26,355 nt of DNA, from positions 1 through 26,355 of the IMG/VR virus record IMGVR_UViG_3300020045_008503; one strand, written 5' to 3'. The stretch's first letter is position 1. Each line of letters opens with the position of its first letter. Made by a program: the position numbers and the translations under genes. This stretch comes from a virus. Lineage: Duplodnaviria > Caudoviricetes. Positions 8,134 to 16,156 of the stretch are shown one piece after another. The notes beneath the pieces are model-generated. The model worked only from the letters and a program-made list of their open reading frames with translations, did not search any database and was not told the DNA's origin.

Positions 8134-9288
8134 TCAGAATAAATGCGTAATTCTCATTGTCTGTCCATGGATTTTATCGTGTACAAATGCTTCAATTGCT
8201 TTAGGTGCGTGCTGGTAACCATTTCGATGATGCCAACTATCTGTACCGCTTGGACTCCTTAAGGATTCAACACAAACACTCATGTAATCTTTACTTATCT
8301 TATGGTGAAAGTGGTGTATATAAAAGTATCTATGTTTGCAAGTTGTCCAATTTTTACTCTCGTTTGCCATTAGCATTGGTAAATCTTGTTGCTTTGCTCC
8401 ATCACCATGAGTAGTTCCGATTAAATTTTGATGATACATAAAATATTTTCTATGTGATATACTGCAGTCAAATTTAACATTTGAACAATTACGGAAATGC
8501 GTTTCAATTAATTGTGCTAAAAAGAAACCATTTGTGTAATCATGATTTGAAGGATTAAACACGACCTCAACATCAGCAACACACATTAATTTTTCGATAA
8601 TATCCACATACAATTGTTTCGCGATTAAAAAATTACTATGCCACATTCCGTCCGTATCTTGTGGTGTCCCGCTTGTTGTAGTTCTTTTTGGGTTATCTAT
8701 GTGTAAAATATCATTGCCTATAATAAATAATATCTTATCAATATTTATACTACTAACTTTGTCTAAAATACCACTAACCCCATTTAATACCCTATTTACT
8801 GCTATCTGGTTATTATAGCTTTCTCCCACCTCAAAAGCACTACATAATTTACCTATATGTACATCAGCTGGGTCAATAACTAATAAATTAGCCTCGTTTT
8901 TGTCTTGTCTAACATAACTATCATATTTTGGGGAATATTTGCTTAAATCTTCTATAAGTAGTTTTTTTAAAACTTCAATATTTTCTACATTTTCATCAGG
9001 TTCAATATAGTTTGGATTTTTAACAAATAAAGAAGTTTCTTTGTTCTTTATCCACATGTGTTTAACGGTGGTATTATCGATGTCTAGCGACTCAGTAGCA
9101 TTGTAAGAGCCTTCGTATTGGTCTAATAGTCTTTTTTTATTTCTTTTGATATAGACTCTTAACATATCAACTTCATCCGTATATGTTAAGTGATTTAATA
9201 TTTTTTTTGCTATTATTGTATGGGATGTTTCTGTATTTAATAACGATGCTATTTGCTCGTCATATATTCGCCATTTGCTTTTTATCAT
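8134..9288 (-). CDS. Calcineurin-like metallophosphoesterase
   Basis: ADVHIG, GNDILH, SNHD, HGD and HHFHH metal-binding motifs. Confidence 0.85.
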   Translation of the reverse strand: MIKSKWRIYDEQIASLLNTETSHTIIAKKILNHLTYTDEVDMLRVYIKRNKKRLLDQYEGSYNATESLDIDNTTVKHMWIKNKETSLFVKNPNYIEPDENVENIEVLKKLLIEDLSKYSPKYDSYVRQDKNEANLLVIDPADVHIGKLCSAFEVGESYNNQIAVNRVLNGVSGILDKVSSINIDKILFIIGNDILHIDNPKRTTTSGTPQDTDGMWHSNFLIAKQLYVDIIEKLMCVADVEVVFNPSNHDYTNGFFLAQLIETHFRNCSNVKFDCSISHRKYFMYHQNLIGTTHGDGAKQQDLPMLMANESKNWTTCKHRYFYIHHFHHKISKDYMSVCVESLRSPSGTDSWHHRNGYQHAPKAIEAFVHDKIHGQTMRITHLF

Positions 9289-9299
9289 AGGGTATTAAT

Positions 9300-9396
9300 T
9301 AAAAAGAAATTCCCTCTAAATTATACCGCCAAGTGATAAAATAAAGGGAATCATGAAACTTTTATAGATTTTAGGCGGATTTTTTTTGTAAATATA
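9300..9396 (-). promoter_or_regulatory. Promoter plus structured leader upstream of the phosphoesterase
   Basis: TATATTTA (9396-9389); stem ATTCCCT/AGGGAAT (9345-9351/9309-9315) followed by U tract; loop GGCGG complementary to 5' CCGCC (9378-9374). Confidence 0.5.
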
Positions 9397-9399
9397 ATA

Positions 9400-9621
9400 T
9401 TATTTATTTAAAATCTCTATTTCATCCTTAAAATTTTCGCCTTGTTCTTTTAAGTAAAGTTCTAATACTGAAATGGTTTTTTGAATATCCGATATAAATT
9501 CACCTTTTTTTCTACATCTTGAAATTCTTTTTATTATCTCAAATTCGTATGTATTTAACTCGTTGTCTATACAAAATTTATATATTGAACCGTTGGAATT
9601 GTTGTAGTGTTTCGGTGTCAT
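9400..9621 (-). CDS. DUF3310-like small phage protein
   Basis: PKHY N-terminus, IIKR.SR..KK...DIQK...L pattern. Confidence 0.6.
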   Translation of the reverse strand: MTPKHYNNSNGSIYKFCIDNELNTYEFEIIKRISRCRKKGEFISDIQKTISVLELYLKEQGENFKDEIEILNK

Positions 9622-9863
9622 AACTTAAATTCTTTGTTAAAAATATAATTAAATTTGTTCTGCATTGTAATAAAGAAAGTACTTTGTTTAACTTCTTTGT
9701 TGTCGTAGAACTTTGTCAATACAGGCTCTAATAATAGTTGTAATTCTATAGCTTTGTCTTGTATTTCTTTAGTTTGTTTGGTAGGTGTCTTAACTGGGTC
9801 ATCAATCTCCTGTATAAGTAAATCAACAAGTACGAAAATTTTTGATAGTTTTTTTTGTATCAT
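9618..9863 (-). CDS. Hypothetical protein
   Basis: 81-aa ORF with 4-nt overlaps on both sides. Confidence 0.65.
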   Translation of the reverse strand: MIQKKLSKIFVLVDLLIQEIDDPVKTPTKQTKEIQDKAIELQLLLEPVLTKFYDNKEVKQSTFFITMQNKFNYIFNKEFKL

Positions 9864-10171
9864 AATTTATTCATTTTAGATTCAAGAATTATATAATCAT
9901 CAACTTTAATACTTTCTAACCCCAATATTTGCGCAATTTCTTCATCACACAACATTGTATTTTGCTGTTTAAAATCGAATATAAGTAGTTTATTTGGTTT
10001 CTTTTCTACAAAGTGATACTTACGCTCACTTTTCAAAACTTCACGCTCCTGATGTATGTTTAAGAAGATAGTTCCTCTTATCCTTTGTATATCATTTAAT
10101 CTTTTTGCACGTGACCACAAAGTCCTTTTTGGTATTCCGTGTTCTTTTGAAATTTGATAAAGTGTTTTCAT
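9860..10171 (-). CDS. Putative HTH DNA-binding protein
   Basis: N-terminal TLYQISKEHGIPKRTLWSR and C-terminal DEEIAQILGL HTH-like segments. Confidence 0.55.
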   Translation of the reverse strand: MKTLYQISKEHGIPKRTLWSRAKRLNDIQRIRGTIFLNIHQEREVLKSERKYHFVEKKPNKLLIFDFKQQNTMLCDEEIAQILGLESIKVDDYIILESKMNKL

Positions 10172-10341
10172 ATCTTGTTAAATATTCGTCTGATAAATGA
10201 TGATATTGATATGTGTACTGGAAAGTATATGCATATAAATAATGCGGTAATTATTTTAGGAAAAAATATAACTATAAATATAAATCCAAATATAGCACTT
10301 ACTATATCTTCAATAAACGATTGTTGTTTTATCTGTTTCAT
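10168..10341 (-). CDS. Small membrane protein
   Basis: Two hydrophobic stretches; start at MKQIK (10341) preferred over the alternative start at 10380. Confidence 0.55.
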   Translation of the reverse strand: MKQIKQQSFIEDIVSAIFGFIFIVIFFPKIITALFICIYFPVHISISSFIRRIFNKI

Positions 10342-10480
10342 CTTTAATTTTATTAAATAAATACTTTTTTCTTTTTTCAAGCCTTGCTTTTAATTTATGT
10401 ATCTTATTATTTATTTGTTTGAATATTTCGTCTTCATTGAATTTATCAAACTCGTCTTTTGTTAGTTTTGTGTATTTCAT
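10310..10480 (-). CDS. Hypothetical basic protein
   Basis: ATG at 10480 (MKYTKLTK) lies just after the stop at 10485 of the upstream gene. Confidence 0.5.
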   Translation of the reverse strand: MKYTKLTKDEFDKFNEDEIFKQINNKIHKLKARLEKRKKYLFNKIKDETDKTTIVY

Positions 10481-10484
10481 AACT

Positions 10485-10934
10485 CTACTTTTTAAATTTA
10501 CTAAATATTTCGATTGCTTTATCTTTTTCGTAGTAGACTGTTCTACCTCCGAAATTGTATTTTTTAAGTCCAGAATTTTGTCCAATAATACAAGCCTTAT
10601 AAGCGCAAAAATTAAACATAGTCATTAATTCTTTATTGCTTATATAACCTGACAAATCTTTTTTATCGACTACAGAAATTATCTTTTTAATTTCTTCAAT
10701 TGTTGATTTTTTGTAATACACCCCAGATGGCGTATATATAGATTTTTCTCCTAATTTATCAGCCTCTAATTTTATCTTTTTTGCTCCTATACCTAAATAT
10801 TCCCTGCAATCTTTAAAATGCATATAAACATTCTCATCTACTTTGCTTTTTATGTTTTGTTTTTTAGGATAGATTACCGTGTTGCCAGACGGCAGCATAG
10901 TAATTGGATTCAGTTTATTGTCCCAGAAATTCAT
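10485..10934 (-). CDS. Hypothetical protein, tandem excisionase/AlpA-like winged-HTH repeats
   Basis: Two segments of the form Y...E...Y/F-G/N....K......G..YY.K..I. Confidence 0.5.
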   Translation of the reverse strand: MNFWDNKLNPITMLPSGNTVIYPKKQNIKSKVDENVYMHFKDCREYLGIGAKKIKLEADKLGEKSIYTPSGVYYKKSTIEEIKKIISVVDKKDLSGYISNKELMTMFNFCAYKACIIGQNSGLKKYNFGGRTVYYEKDKAIEIFSKFKK

Positions 10935-11008
10935 ATTTTAAAAATGTTTTTTTGATTACCGAAAAGTTCAAAGGATATGTAATCCCAAATTTTATTTAAT
11001 GTTTTCAT
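10931..11008 (-). CDS. 25-aa peptide
   Basis: MKTLNKIWDYISFELFGNQKNIFKI; first ORF after promoter B, ATGA-coupled to the next gene. Confidence 0.5.
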   Translation of the reverse strand: MKTLNKIWDYISFELFGNQKNIFKI

Positions 11009-11031
11009 TTTGTTAGTGTTTTTTTATAATT

Positions 11032-11093
11032 CAAATCTACAACATATATTTAGAAATGCAATTAATTTATTTCATTTTAACATAAGTTTAACA
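11032..11093 (-). promoter_or_regulatory. Conserved phage promoter, copy B
   Basis: Minus strand TGTTAAACTTATGTTAAAATGAAAT...TTGCA...TAGATTTG. Confidence 0.7.
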
Positions 11094-11118
11094 AAAACCC
11101 CTTATTTTATTAAGGGGT
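11093..11118 (-). terminator. Rho-independent terminator
   Basis: ACCCCTTA/TAAGGGGT 8-bp stem followed by a T run on the minus strand, just after the SSB-like gene. Confidence 0.8.
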
Positions 11119-11129
11119 GAATTATTTGA

Positions 11130-11426
11130 TTAAAATGGTAAATCTGATTCAGGTTCATTTACCGTAACATCTTCTTTTTTGGTTGCTACGCTAATTTTGC
11201 CGTCAGTCCAAAAAACCTTTCCGTTGCCTACATAGAACTTATCTTTTTTTGCTTCCCTTTGTTCCTTGCTTTGCGACACATAAGATGAAACATTTTGACT
11301 GAATTGATTAGATTCGTCATTTATTGAAATAGTTATTTCAATCCCTTTTTCGTCTTTTTTTGTAACAACGTCTAAAAGTGTTTTTAACGTTTCTTTTTTA
11401 ATGTAAATTGTAGATAATGATGCCAT
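11130..11426 (-). CDS. Putative single-stranded DNA-binding protein
   Basis: Acidic C-terminal tail EPESDLPF, beta-rich core, YVGNGK; downstream of ERF. Confidence 0.6.
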   Translation of the reverse strand: MASLSTIYIKKETLKTLLDVVTKKDEKGIEITISINDESNQFSQNVSSYVSQSKEQREAKKDKFYVGNGKVFWTDGKISVATKKEDVTVNEPESDLPF

Positions 11427-11437
11427 TTTTTTAATAT

Positions 11438-11677
11438 TTATTTGTTAATTTTTCTTCGTTCTTCTCTTAATTGATATTCTCGTTCTGATAAATGTTTCTT
11501 TGTTTCTTTTAAAGTTTTATACAAATCAGAATAAGTTTTGTCTTTCATGTTTTCCTGCCAATCTGTTTTGTCTTCGTCAACTCTTTTTGATGACAAAAAA
11601 GATTCTCTTATTTCGTGAGGAACACTTAAATAATGTTCCTCTGTCATTCTTAAAAAGACTTCTCTATTGGATTCCAT
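11438..11677 (-). CDS. Hypothetical protein
   Basis: 79-aa ORF in the recombination module. Confidence 0.65.
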   Translation of the reverse strand: MESNREVFLRMTEEHYLSVPHEIRESFLSSKRVDEDKTDWQENMKDKTYSDLYKTLKETKKHLSEREYQLREERRKINK

Positions 11678-12158
11678 AGCTTTTTTCTTGTTCTGGAGTT
11701 AATGTATATTTTGATTTTACTTGTGCGATTGTTGCATTTGCTGCTTTCGCTTTTGATAATATCTCAGCAGTTGCGTTTGGTTTTGGTTGTACTGCTTTTT
11801 GAGCGTCGTCATCCTCGCTGCCTATTCCGCAAATTGAACTTAATGAATACCTACGAGCGTATGATATACCACTTCCGTATGCTTGTGCGTCGTTATTTTT
11901 AGCGCAAAATATTTCAGCAAGGCTTTCAAAGGTTTCCCCGCTTTCGTGCATTAAAACAGTCTTAACAAAGTTTTTCCCTTCAATATTAACTAATGGTTGT
12001 AATAAAACTATTCCATTATTGTTTAAAGCTGGAACAATAGCCTCCAACACGTCATTTAAATCAGCGTATTTATTTTTAAAGAATGGATTAACCGAACCTT
12101 TTTTTGGTGTTTGCATTTCTTTTTGGGCTTTCACTAAAGCAATAGCAATGTTTTTCAT
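11664..12158 (-). CDS. erf: ERF-family ssDNA-annealing recombinase
   Basis: NPFFKNKYADL, LMHESGE, AQAYGSGISYARRYSL, EDDDA motifs. Confidence 0.92.
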   Translation of the reverse strand: MKNIAIALVKAQKEMQTPKKGSVNPFFKNKYADLNDVLEAIVPALNNNGIVLLQPLVNIEGKNFVKTVLMHESGETFESLAEIFCAKNNDAQAYGSGISYARRYSLSSICGIGSEDDDAQKAVQPKPNATAEILSKAKAANATIAQVKSKYTLTPEQEKSYGIQ

Positions 12159-12161
12159 AAT

Positions 12162-12365
12162 CTAATTTTTAAAAGGTTGTTCGATAATTTCGTCAATCAC
12201 ATTAATATTTCTAACTAAAATATTATACTGTGCTTTTGCTTCTGCAACGTCAAACATAAGCTCGTCATTTCTTAACGTTAAAGCATTTATTAAATCTTCT
12301 TGCATTTTACAAAGATTTTCTAAAGCTCCGATTCTTTGTTTTTGGAATTGTATTAAGTCGTTCAT
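12162..12365 (-). CDS. Hypothetical coiled-coil protein
   Basis: 67-aa ORF with heptad pattern. Confidence 0.6.
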   Translation of the reverse strand: MNDLIQFQKQRIGALENLCKMQEDLINALTLRNDELMFDVAEAKAQYNILVRNINVIDEIIEQPFKN

Positions 12366-12592
12366 GATTTCGGTATAAAATATTTTTCAAAAACTTTTTG
12401 CTCCTCTTGTTCAAACTTCAAACATTTATCCATAACCTGATTAGTTATTTTTAAATGCTTATCAGGCACTTTAAAGCCTTGTTTCTTATTAAACCATTTA
12501 CCAGCTATTGTGCTAACCGCTTTACGTGTATGCACTGATAACTCAGCGAAAAAAACATCGTGTTGTTTTATTTTATTAAATTTTTCTTCCAT
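12362..12592 (-). CDS. Hypothetical protein, possible Cro-like HTH
   Basis: FFAELSVHTRKAVSTIAGKWF resembles an HTH. Confidence 0.5.
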   Translation of the reverse strand: MEEKFNKIKQHDVFFAELSVHTRKAVSTIAGKWFNKKQGFKVPDKHLKITNQVMDKCLKFEQEEQKVFEKYFIPKS

Positions 12593-12760
12593 TTATTTTA
12601 TTTTTTTAATTTTCCATATTCCGATTGAGGAAGGGCAGGAATATTCTTTAGCAATATTTTCATTTGAATATCCCAAAAACCACATCTCGTTAATTCCTAT
12701 GTATATATCAACAACTATAACTTTAGTGTAGGATTTTATGTTAAACGTTGAAACTAACAT
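12593..12760 (-). CDS. 55-aa hypothetical protein
   Basis: MLVSTFNIKSYTKVIVVDIY...IGIWKIKKIK; fills the gap and is coupled to both neighbours. Confidence 0.55.
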   Translation of the reverse strand: MLVSTFNIKSYTKVIVVDIYIGINEMWFLGYSNENIAKEYSCPSSIGIWKIKKIK

Positions 12761-12951
12761 AACTGTACGCATATATCGTTAATATCTTCAATTATTGAGT
12801 CTTTAAGCATCCATTTAATATCGATGTCGTTAAGTTCTATAGACTCGCAGGAAAAGCCTCCTTTATAACCTACAGTGTCGTCTGCTTCTTCAAAGTTACC
12901 TATTACCGTCAACTCTAAGCCGTGGTAATTAATTTCAAATTTCTCTTCCAT
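12754..12951 (-). CDS. Hypothetical acidic protein
   Basis: 65-aa ORF. Confidence 0.65.
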   Translation of the reverse strand: MEEKFEINYHGLELTVIGNFEEADDTVGYKGGFSCESIELNDIDIKWMLKDSIIEDINDICVQLC

Positions 12952-12953
12952 GA

Positions 12954-13037
12954 TTAAAATAATATTGAGATTAATATTCTGATTGGTAAATAGGCTGCTA
13001 TAATACAGCCTATTATGATTTGTGTTTTTAGTTTCAT
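12954..13037 (-). CDS. 27-aa hydrophobic peptide
   Basis: MKLKTQIIIGCIIAAYLPIRILISILF; 2-nt gaps to both neighbours. Confidence 0.55.
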   Translation of the reverse strand: MKLKTQIIIGCIIAAYLPIRILISILF

Positions 13038-13039
13038 GA

Positions 13040-13171
13040 TTACAAAATGTATAAAATTTGACTCCAATGTTTATTTGTAACTTTTGCAGCTTCTAGCTTA
13101 GCATCTACTCTATTATTAGCTTTTACTTCTACGATTTCGTTATTGTCGGTCATTACTTTAAATGTATACAT
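13040..13171 (-). CDS. 43-aa hypothetical protein
   Basis: MYTFKVMTDNNEIVEVKANNRVDAKLEAAK...; first ORF after promoter C. Confidence 0.6.
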   Translation of the reverse strand: MYTFKVMTDNNEIVEVKANNRVDAKLEAAKVTNKHWSQILYIL

Positions 13172-13205
13172 AATTTCTATTTTTTAGTTGTTATTTTCTA
13201 TGGTG

Positions 13206-13266
13206 TAAAGATACACTATAAATCCAATTATGCAATAAATAAATTTCATTTTAACATAATTTTAAC
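13206..13266 (-). promoter_or_regulatory. Conserved phage promoter, copy C
   Basis: Minus strand GTTAAAATTATGTTAAAATGAAAT...TTGCA...TATCTTTA. Confidence 0.65.
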
Positions 13267-13269
13267 GTT

Positions 13270-13446
13270 TTAATTTATTTTTTCTAATGGATAACAATTA
13301 ATAATTTCATCTCTTTTAGTTTCGCTAGCTTCTTTTAATACTGCTAACACATGTAACTTAGCGAACTCAATCATCAATTCTATAGATGTGCATTCGTCAT
13401 TTTCTGAAATCATTTTGTCGAATAAATCTTTTGCTGTTGGTGTCAT
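13270..13446 (-). CDS. 58-aa hypothetical protein
   Basis: MTPTAKDLFDKM...MIEFAKLHVLAVLKEASE...YPLEKIN; own translation. Confidence 0.6.
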   Translation of the reverse strand: MTPTAKDLFDKMISENDECTSIELMIEFAKLHVLAVLKEASETKRDEIINCYPLEKIN

Positions 13447-13451
13447 CTGTA

Positions 13452-14012
13452 TTATTTTTTTAATTTAAACCATAAAAACACAAATAAAGACACTATAAAA
13501 AACAATCCTAAATATAAAATTGTGTTATCCGTTTTGTCTGTTATTTTTTCTTTTACCTGTTCCTCTTTTTTTATTTCTACTTTTTTTACTTTGTCGATTA
13601 TCTCGAAATTTTCAAAGCGTGACCTGTCATAACTAATTGAAGCATTATAATACCAATTACCGTTGATTTTCATAGGCTTAGATGAATCAAAAGGGATTAT
13701 TAAACCAATATCATTAAAGAGTAAATTTGATGATAATTTACGCTCGTTTTCTATGTATAAAGAATCTGAACGAATAGACACTTTTCTTAATTCTGTAGTG
13801 CGATGTCCGCAGCTTGAAATTATCAATAATAAAAAAGGACAAATTACTTTTTTAACTTTTTGTATAAGTTCTGAATGTTCTCTTTTTATCTTTTCGGCTA
13901 TTGCATTTCTTATGAATTGTCCAACATCTATATTATATTCTTTCATTTTTTGTAAAGTTTTATGTTGTGTTTCTGAAACGCGAATAACCTTTATTTTAGT
14001 GTATTTTTTCAT
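13452..14012 (-). CDS. RHH-like N-terminal domain fused to a lipobox / C-terminal TM (u-spanin-like) region
   Basis: aa 1-60 KIKVIRVSETQHKTL...DVGQFIRNAIAEKI (strand-helix-helix); LLLIISSC lipobox at Cys68; C-terminal ILYLGLFFIVSLFVFLWF-KLKK. Confidence 0.55.
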   Translation of the reverse strand: MKKYTKIKVIRVSETQHKTLQKMKEYNIDVGQFIRNAIAEKIKREHSELIQKVKKVICPFLLLIISSCGHRTTELRKVSIRSDSLYIENERKLSSNLLFNDIGLIIPFDSSKPMKINGNWYYNASISYDRSRFENFEIIDKVKKVEIKKEEQVKEKITDKTDNTILYLGLFFIVSLFVFLWFKLKK

Positions 14013-14056
14013 AATTGTAATACTTTTTATATGCCAATCAAATAGTTATGGTCAAG
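14013..14056 (+). promoter_or_regulatory. Putative attI-like insertion site at the left end of the cassette array
   Basis: G|TTATGGTCA at 14045 is complementary to cassette 1's TGACCATAAC, but no palindromic arm lies to its left. Confidence 0.55.
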
Positions 14057-14070
14057 TTTTCGTTTATCTT

Positions 14071-14838
14071 TCAAAACAACGATTGTTGACTGTTTTCGTA
14101 ATTAGTTATTAATATTTCAGTTCTTACATTTTTTAGGTTTTTTCGTTCTCCAATATAAATGACGTTTAAACCTCTTTCTTTTGCTTGACTTAAAACATAG
14201 TCATTATCAAATTCACTCATTGCAAACTTGCAACCAGTAGCTTGTAGCGTATCAAATAAATCTAAACTATCACTTTCTTTAAATGAATGACTATAATTAT
14301 CGGTTGTGCCTAAATATGGCGGGTCGCAATAAACTAAAACCCTGTCAATTTCGCTTTGCCTTCTAAATGAAATTTTCTTAAATAAGTCCTTAAAATCATC
14401 ATTAAACATTTTCACATATTCAAGATGTTTGTAAACGTTATCAAATTCCTTTTCAATATTTTGCTTACTTTCTTCGGTTGATGAACCCCTTAATTGGCTT
14501 CCAGTTCCTAATAATGTAAAGTTGCTAATAAACAAAAATCTTAATGCTTTTTTTATCGGGTCAGTTTCTTTGTTCAATTTCCAATAGTCTAATAAATCTG
14601 AATGAATAGGCATCAAATAAAATGCTTTTTCAAGTTCCTCTTTTTGGTTCATTACCACTTGGAATAAATTAAAAACATCACTATCTAAATCATTTATGAT
14701 ATTGTACTTTGCTTTTGGTTTATTAAAAAACATTCCTCCAGCTCCAAAGAATGGCTCAATATAAATTTCGTGTGCAGGAAAGTACTTTTGTATTTCGCTT
14801 GCAATTTTACTCTTGTTTCCCAATCTTCTTAAAATCAT
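14071..14838 (-). CDS. DNA adenine methyltransferase, D12/Dam-like (cassette 1)
   Basis: LGNKSK, YIEPFFGAG, INDLD and YCDPPY motifs. Confidence 0.92.
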   Translation of the reverse strand: MILRRLGNKSKIASEIQKYFPAHEIYIEPFFGAGGMFFNKPKAKYNIINDLDSDVFNLFQVVMNQKEELEKAFYLMPIHSDLLDYWKLNKETDPIKKALRFLFISNFTLLGTGSQLRGSSTEESKQNIEKEFDNVYKHLEYVKMFNDDFKDLFKKISFRRQSEIDRVLVYCDPPYLGTTDNYSHSFKESDSLDLFDTLQATGCKFAMSEFDNDYVLSQAKERGLNVIYIGERKNLKNVRTEILITNYENSQQSLF

Positions 14839-14861
14839 ATTTAGTGGTTATTACCCAAACC

Positions 14862-15001
14862 TGACCATAACAGCAATTTGGCGGTATGTCGGTTTTGGTC
14901 ATTAATTTAAACATTGTCTTGTACTTTTAAAATCAGTCATAAACTGAAAGTCTTGGCTTCCTTAATCCGCCACATCGCCAAGTTGCAAAGCGTTATGGGC
15001 A
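14862..15001 (+). repeat. attC-like site 1
   Basis: TGACCATAAC-AGCAATTTGGCG...CGCCAAGTTGC-AAAGC-GTTATGGGCA; GTT at 14992. Confidence 0.85.
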
Positions 15002-15004
15002 ATA

Positions 15005-15994
15005 CTACGACACTGCAAACAATGACGGTTGTGCCTTGATATTATCAGTTCGTTTGTTTCCATAATTAACGTGTTTTTCGTTTATTTCAAATCCTATAAA
15101 TTTTCTATTTTCTTTTATAGCCATTGCACACTCTGTTCCGCTTCCAGCAAAAGGCACTAAAATAAGGTCGTTTGGTCTGCTACTTATTAGTATTATTTCC
15201 CTTGTTAGCTTTTCAGGTTTTGGCGTGTCGTGTTCGTGGTTTCCTGTTTCATAGTTGGGTAATCGTATCACATCTCCATAAAACCGTTCATTATTAAATG
15301 GTCTGCGTAGTTCCTCGTATTCTGATTTTAGTTCCTCGTATTCTGATTTTAGTTCATCGTATGGCTTCTGTAAATACTTGTTGTTGCAATATTCTCTAAT
15401 TATATTGTACTGTTCCTCTGTAATTACATTATCCCCATTTAACCAATTAGAAACGCATCCAGTTAACCTCCCTGTCCTACTTGGGAACAATTGTGCAATT
15501 TCTCTATTTGTAAATCCAGCATTTTTAAATTCAATTTTTAGATATTTAGAAAATGGATTTTTCGGTTTTAAAAATTGCTCAAATATCAATTCTCCGCCAG
15601 TTTTCTGCCCTCTTTTCTCATACATTAGCAATCTTTCAGTAAGTGGTGCAAATGTTCGTAAATCGGTATTAAATCGTATTTGTTGCTTATGGTCGTTTGT
15701 GTTTTCCCATACCAAACTATTCAGTAAATTAAAATGCTTATCAAAAATGATTTGAGCATAGGCAATATTTTTTGCGTCTCCATACCAATAAAGTGTTCCA
15801 TTATCTGCTAAAACTCTTTTACATTCTATTGCCCAGCGTTCCACATCTTGCAGGTAATCATCAAAGGTTTTCCATACAAAGTCAAAATCTCCTTTTACTT
15901 TGTAGTATGGCGGGTCTGCTATAATCAACTGCACCGATTTATCAGGTAGTTGGTTATTCATCCAGTCATCGTGATATATTTTGTTTATTTCCAT
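15005..15994 (-). CDS. DNA N4/N6 methyltransferase, beta class, with HTH-like insert (cassette 2)
   Basis: LIIADPPY, HDTPKPEKL and VPFAGSGT motifs; start at MEINKIY (15994) preferred. Confidence 0.92.
   Translation of the reverse strand: MEINKIYHDDWMNNQLPDKSVQLIIADPPYYKVKGDFDFVWKTFDDYLQDVERWAIECKRVLADNGTLYWYGDAKNIAYAQIIFDKHFNLLNSLVWENTNDHKQQIRFNTDLRTFAPLTERLLMYEKRGQKTGGELIFEQFLKPKNPFSKYLKIEFKNAGFTNREIAQLFPSRTGRLTGCVSNWLNGDNVITEEQYNIIREYCNNKYLQKPYDELKSEYEELKSEYEELRRPFNNERFYGDVIRLPNYETGNHEHDTPKPEKLTREIILISSRPNDLILVPFAGSGTECAMAIKENRKFIGFEINEKHVNYGNKRTDNIKAQPSLFAVS
15308..15362. repeat. 21-bp tandem repeat (about 2.6 copies) encoding YEELKSE heptads
   Basis: TAGTTCCTCGTATTCTGATTT twice plus a partial copy TAGTTCATCGTAT. 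Confidence 0.9.
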
Positions 15995-16008
15995 TTTAAA
16001 ATATCTTG

Positions 16009-16080
16009 TTAAATACCGTACTGCCCATAACACGGGTTTGGCAAAATTGCCGTTTCGTCTTTTAATTCAACTTTATCCAT
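16009..16080 (-). CDS. 23-aa micro-ORF encoded by attC site 2
   Basis: MDKVELKDETAILPNPCYGQYGI; shares DKVELKDET with the N-terminus of 17482..18315. Confidence 0.4.
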   Translation of the reverse strand: MDKVELKDETAILPNPCYGQYGI

Positions 16081-16154
16081 AATATTCAACTTTTGTTTTT
16101 CAATTTAACTTTTGTGTTAGGCAACTTCGCCAAGCCCCGAGAACGTTATATGCA
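16022..16154 (+). repeat. attC-like site 2
   Basis: TGCCCATAAC-ACGGGTTTGGCAAAATTGCC...GGCAACTTCGCCAAGCCCCG-AGAAC-GTTATATGCA; GTT at 16145. Confidence 0.85.
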
Positions 16155-16156
16155 AT

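Noticed and set aside
13452-14012. RHH-like gene as the antitoxin of a toxin-antitoxin pair
   Set aside because: No recognisable toxin gene is adjacent, and the domain is fused to an envelope-type region.
15995-16033. Track start (GTG at 16033) for the beta-class methyltransferase
   Set aside because: MEINKIY at 15994 is the typical N-terminus of this family; the extension lies on the attC arm. Not fully excluded.
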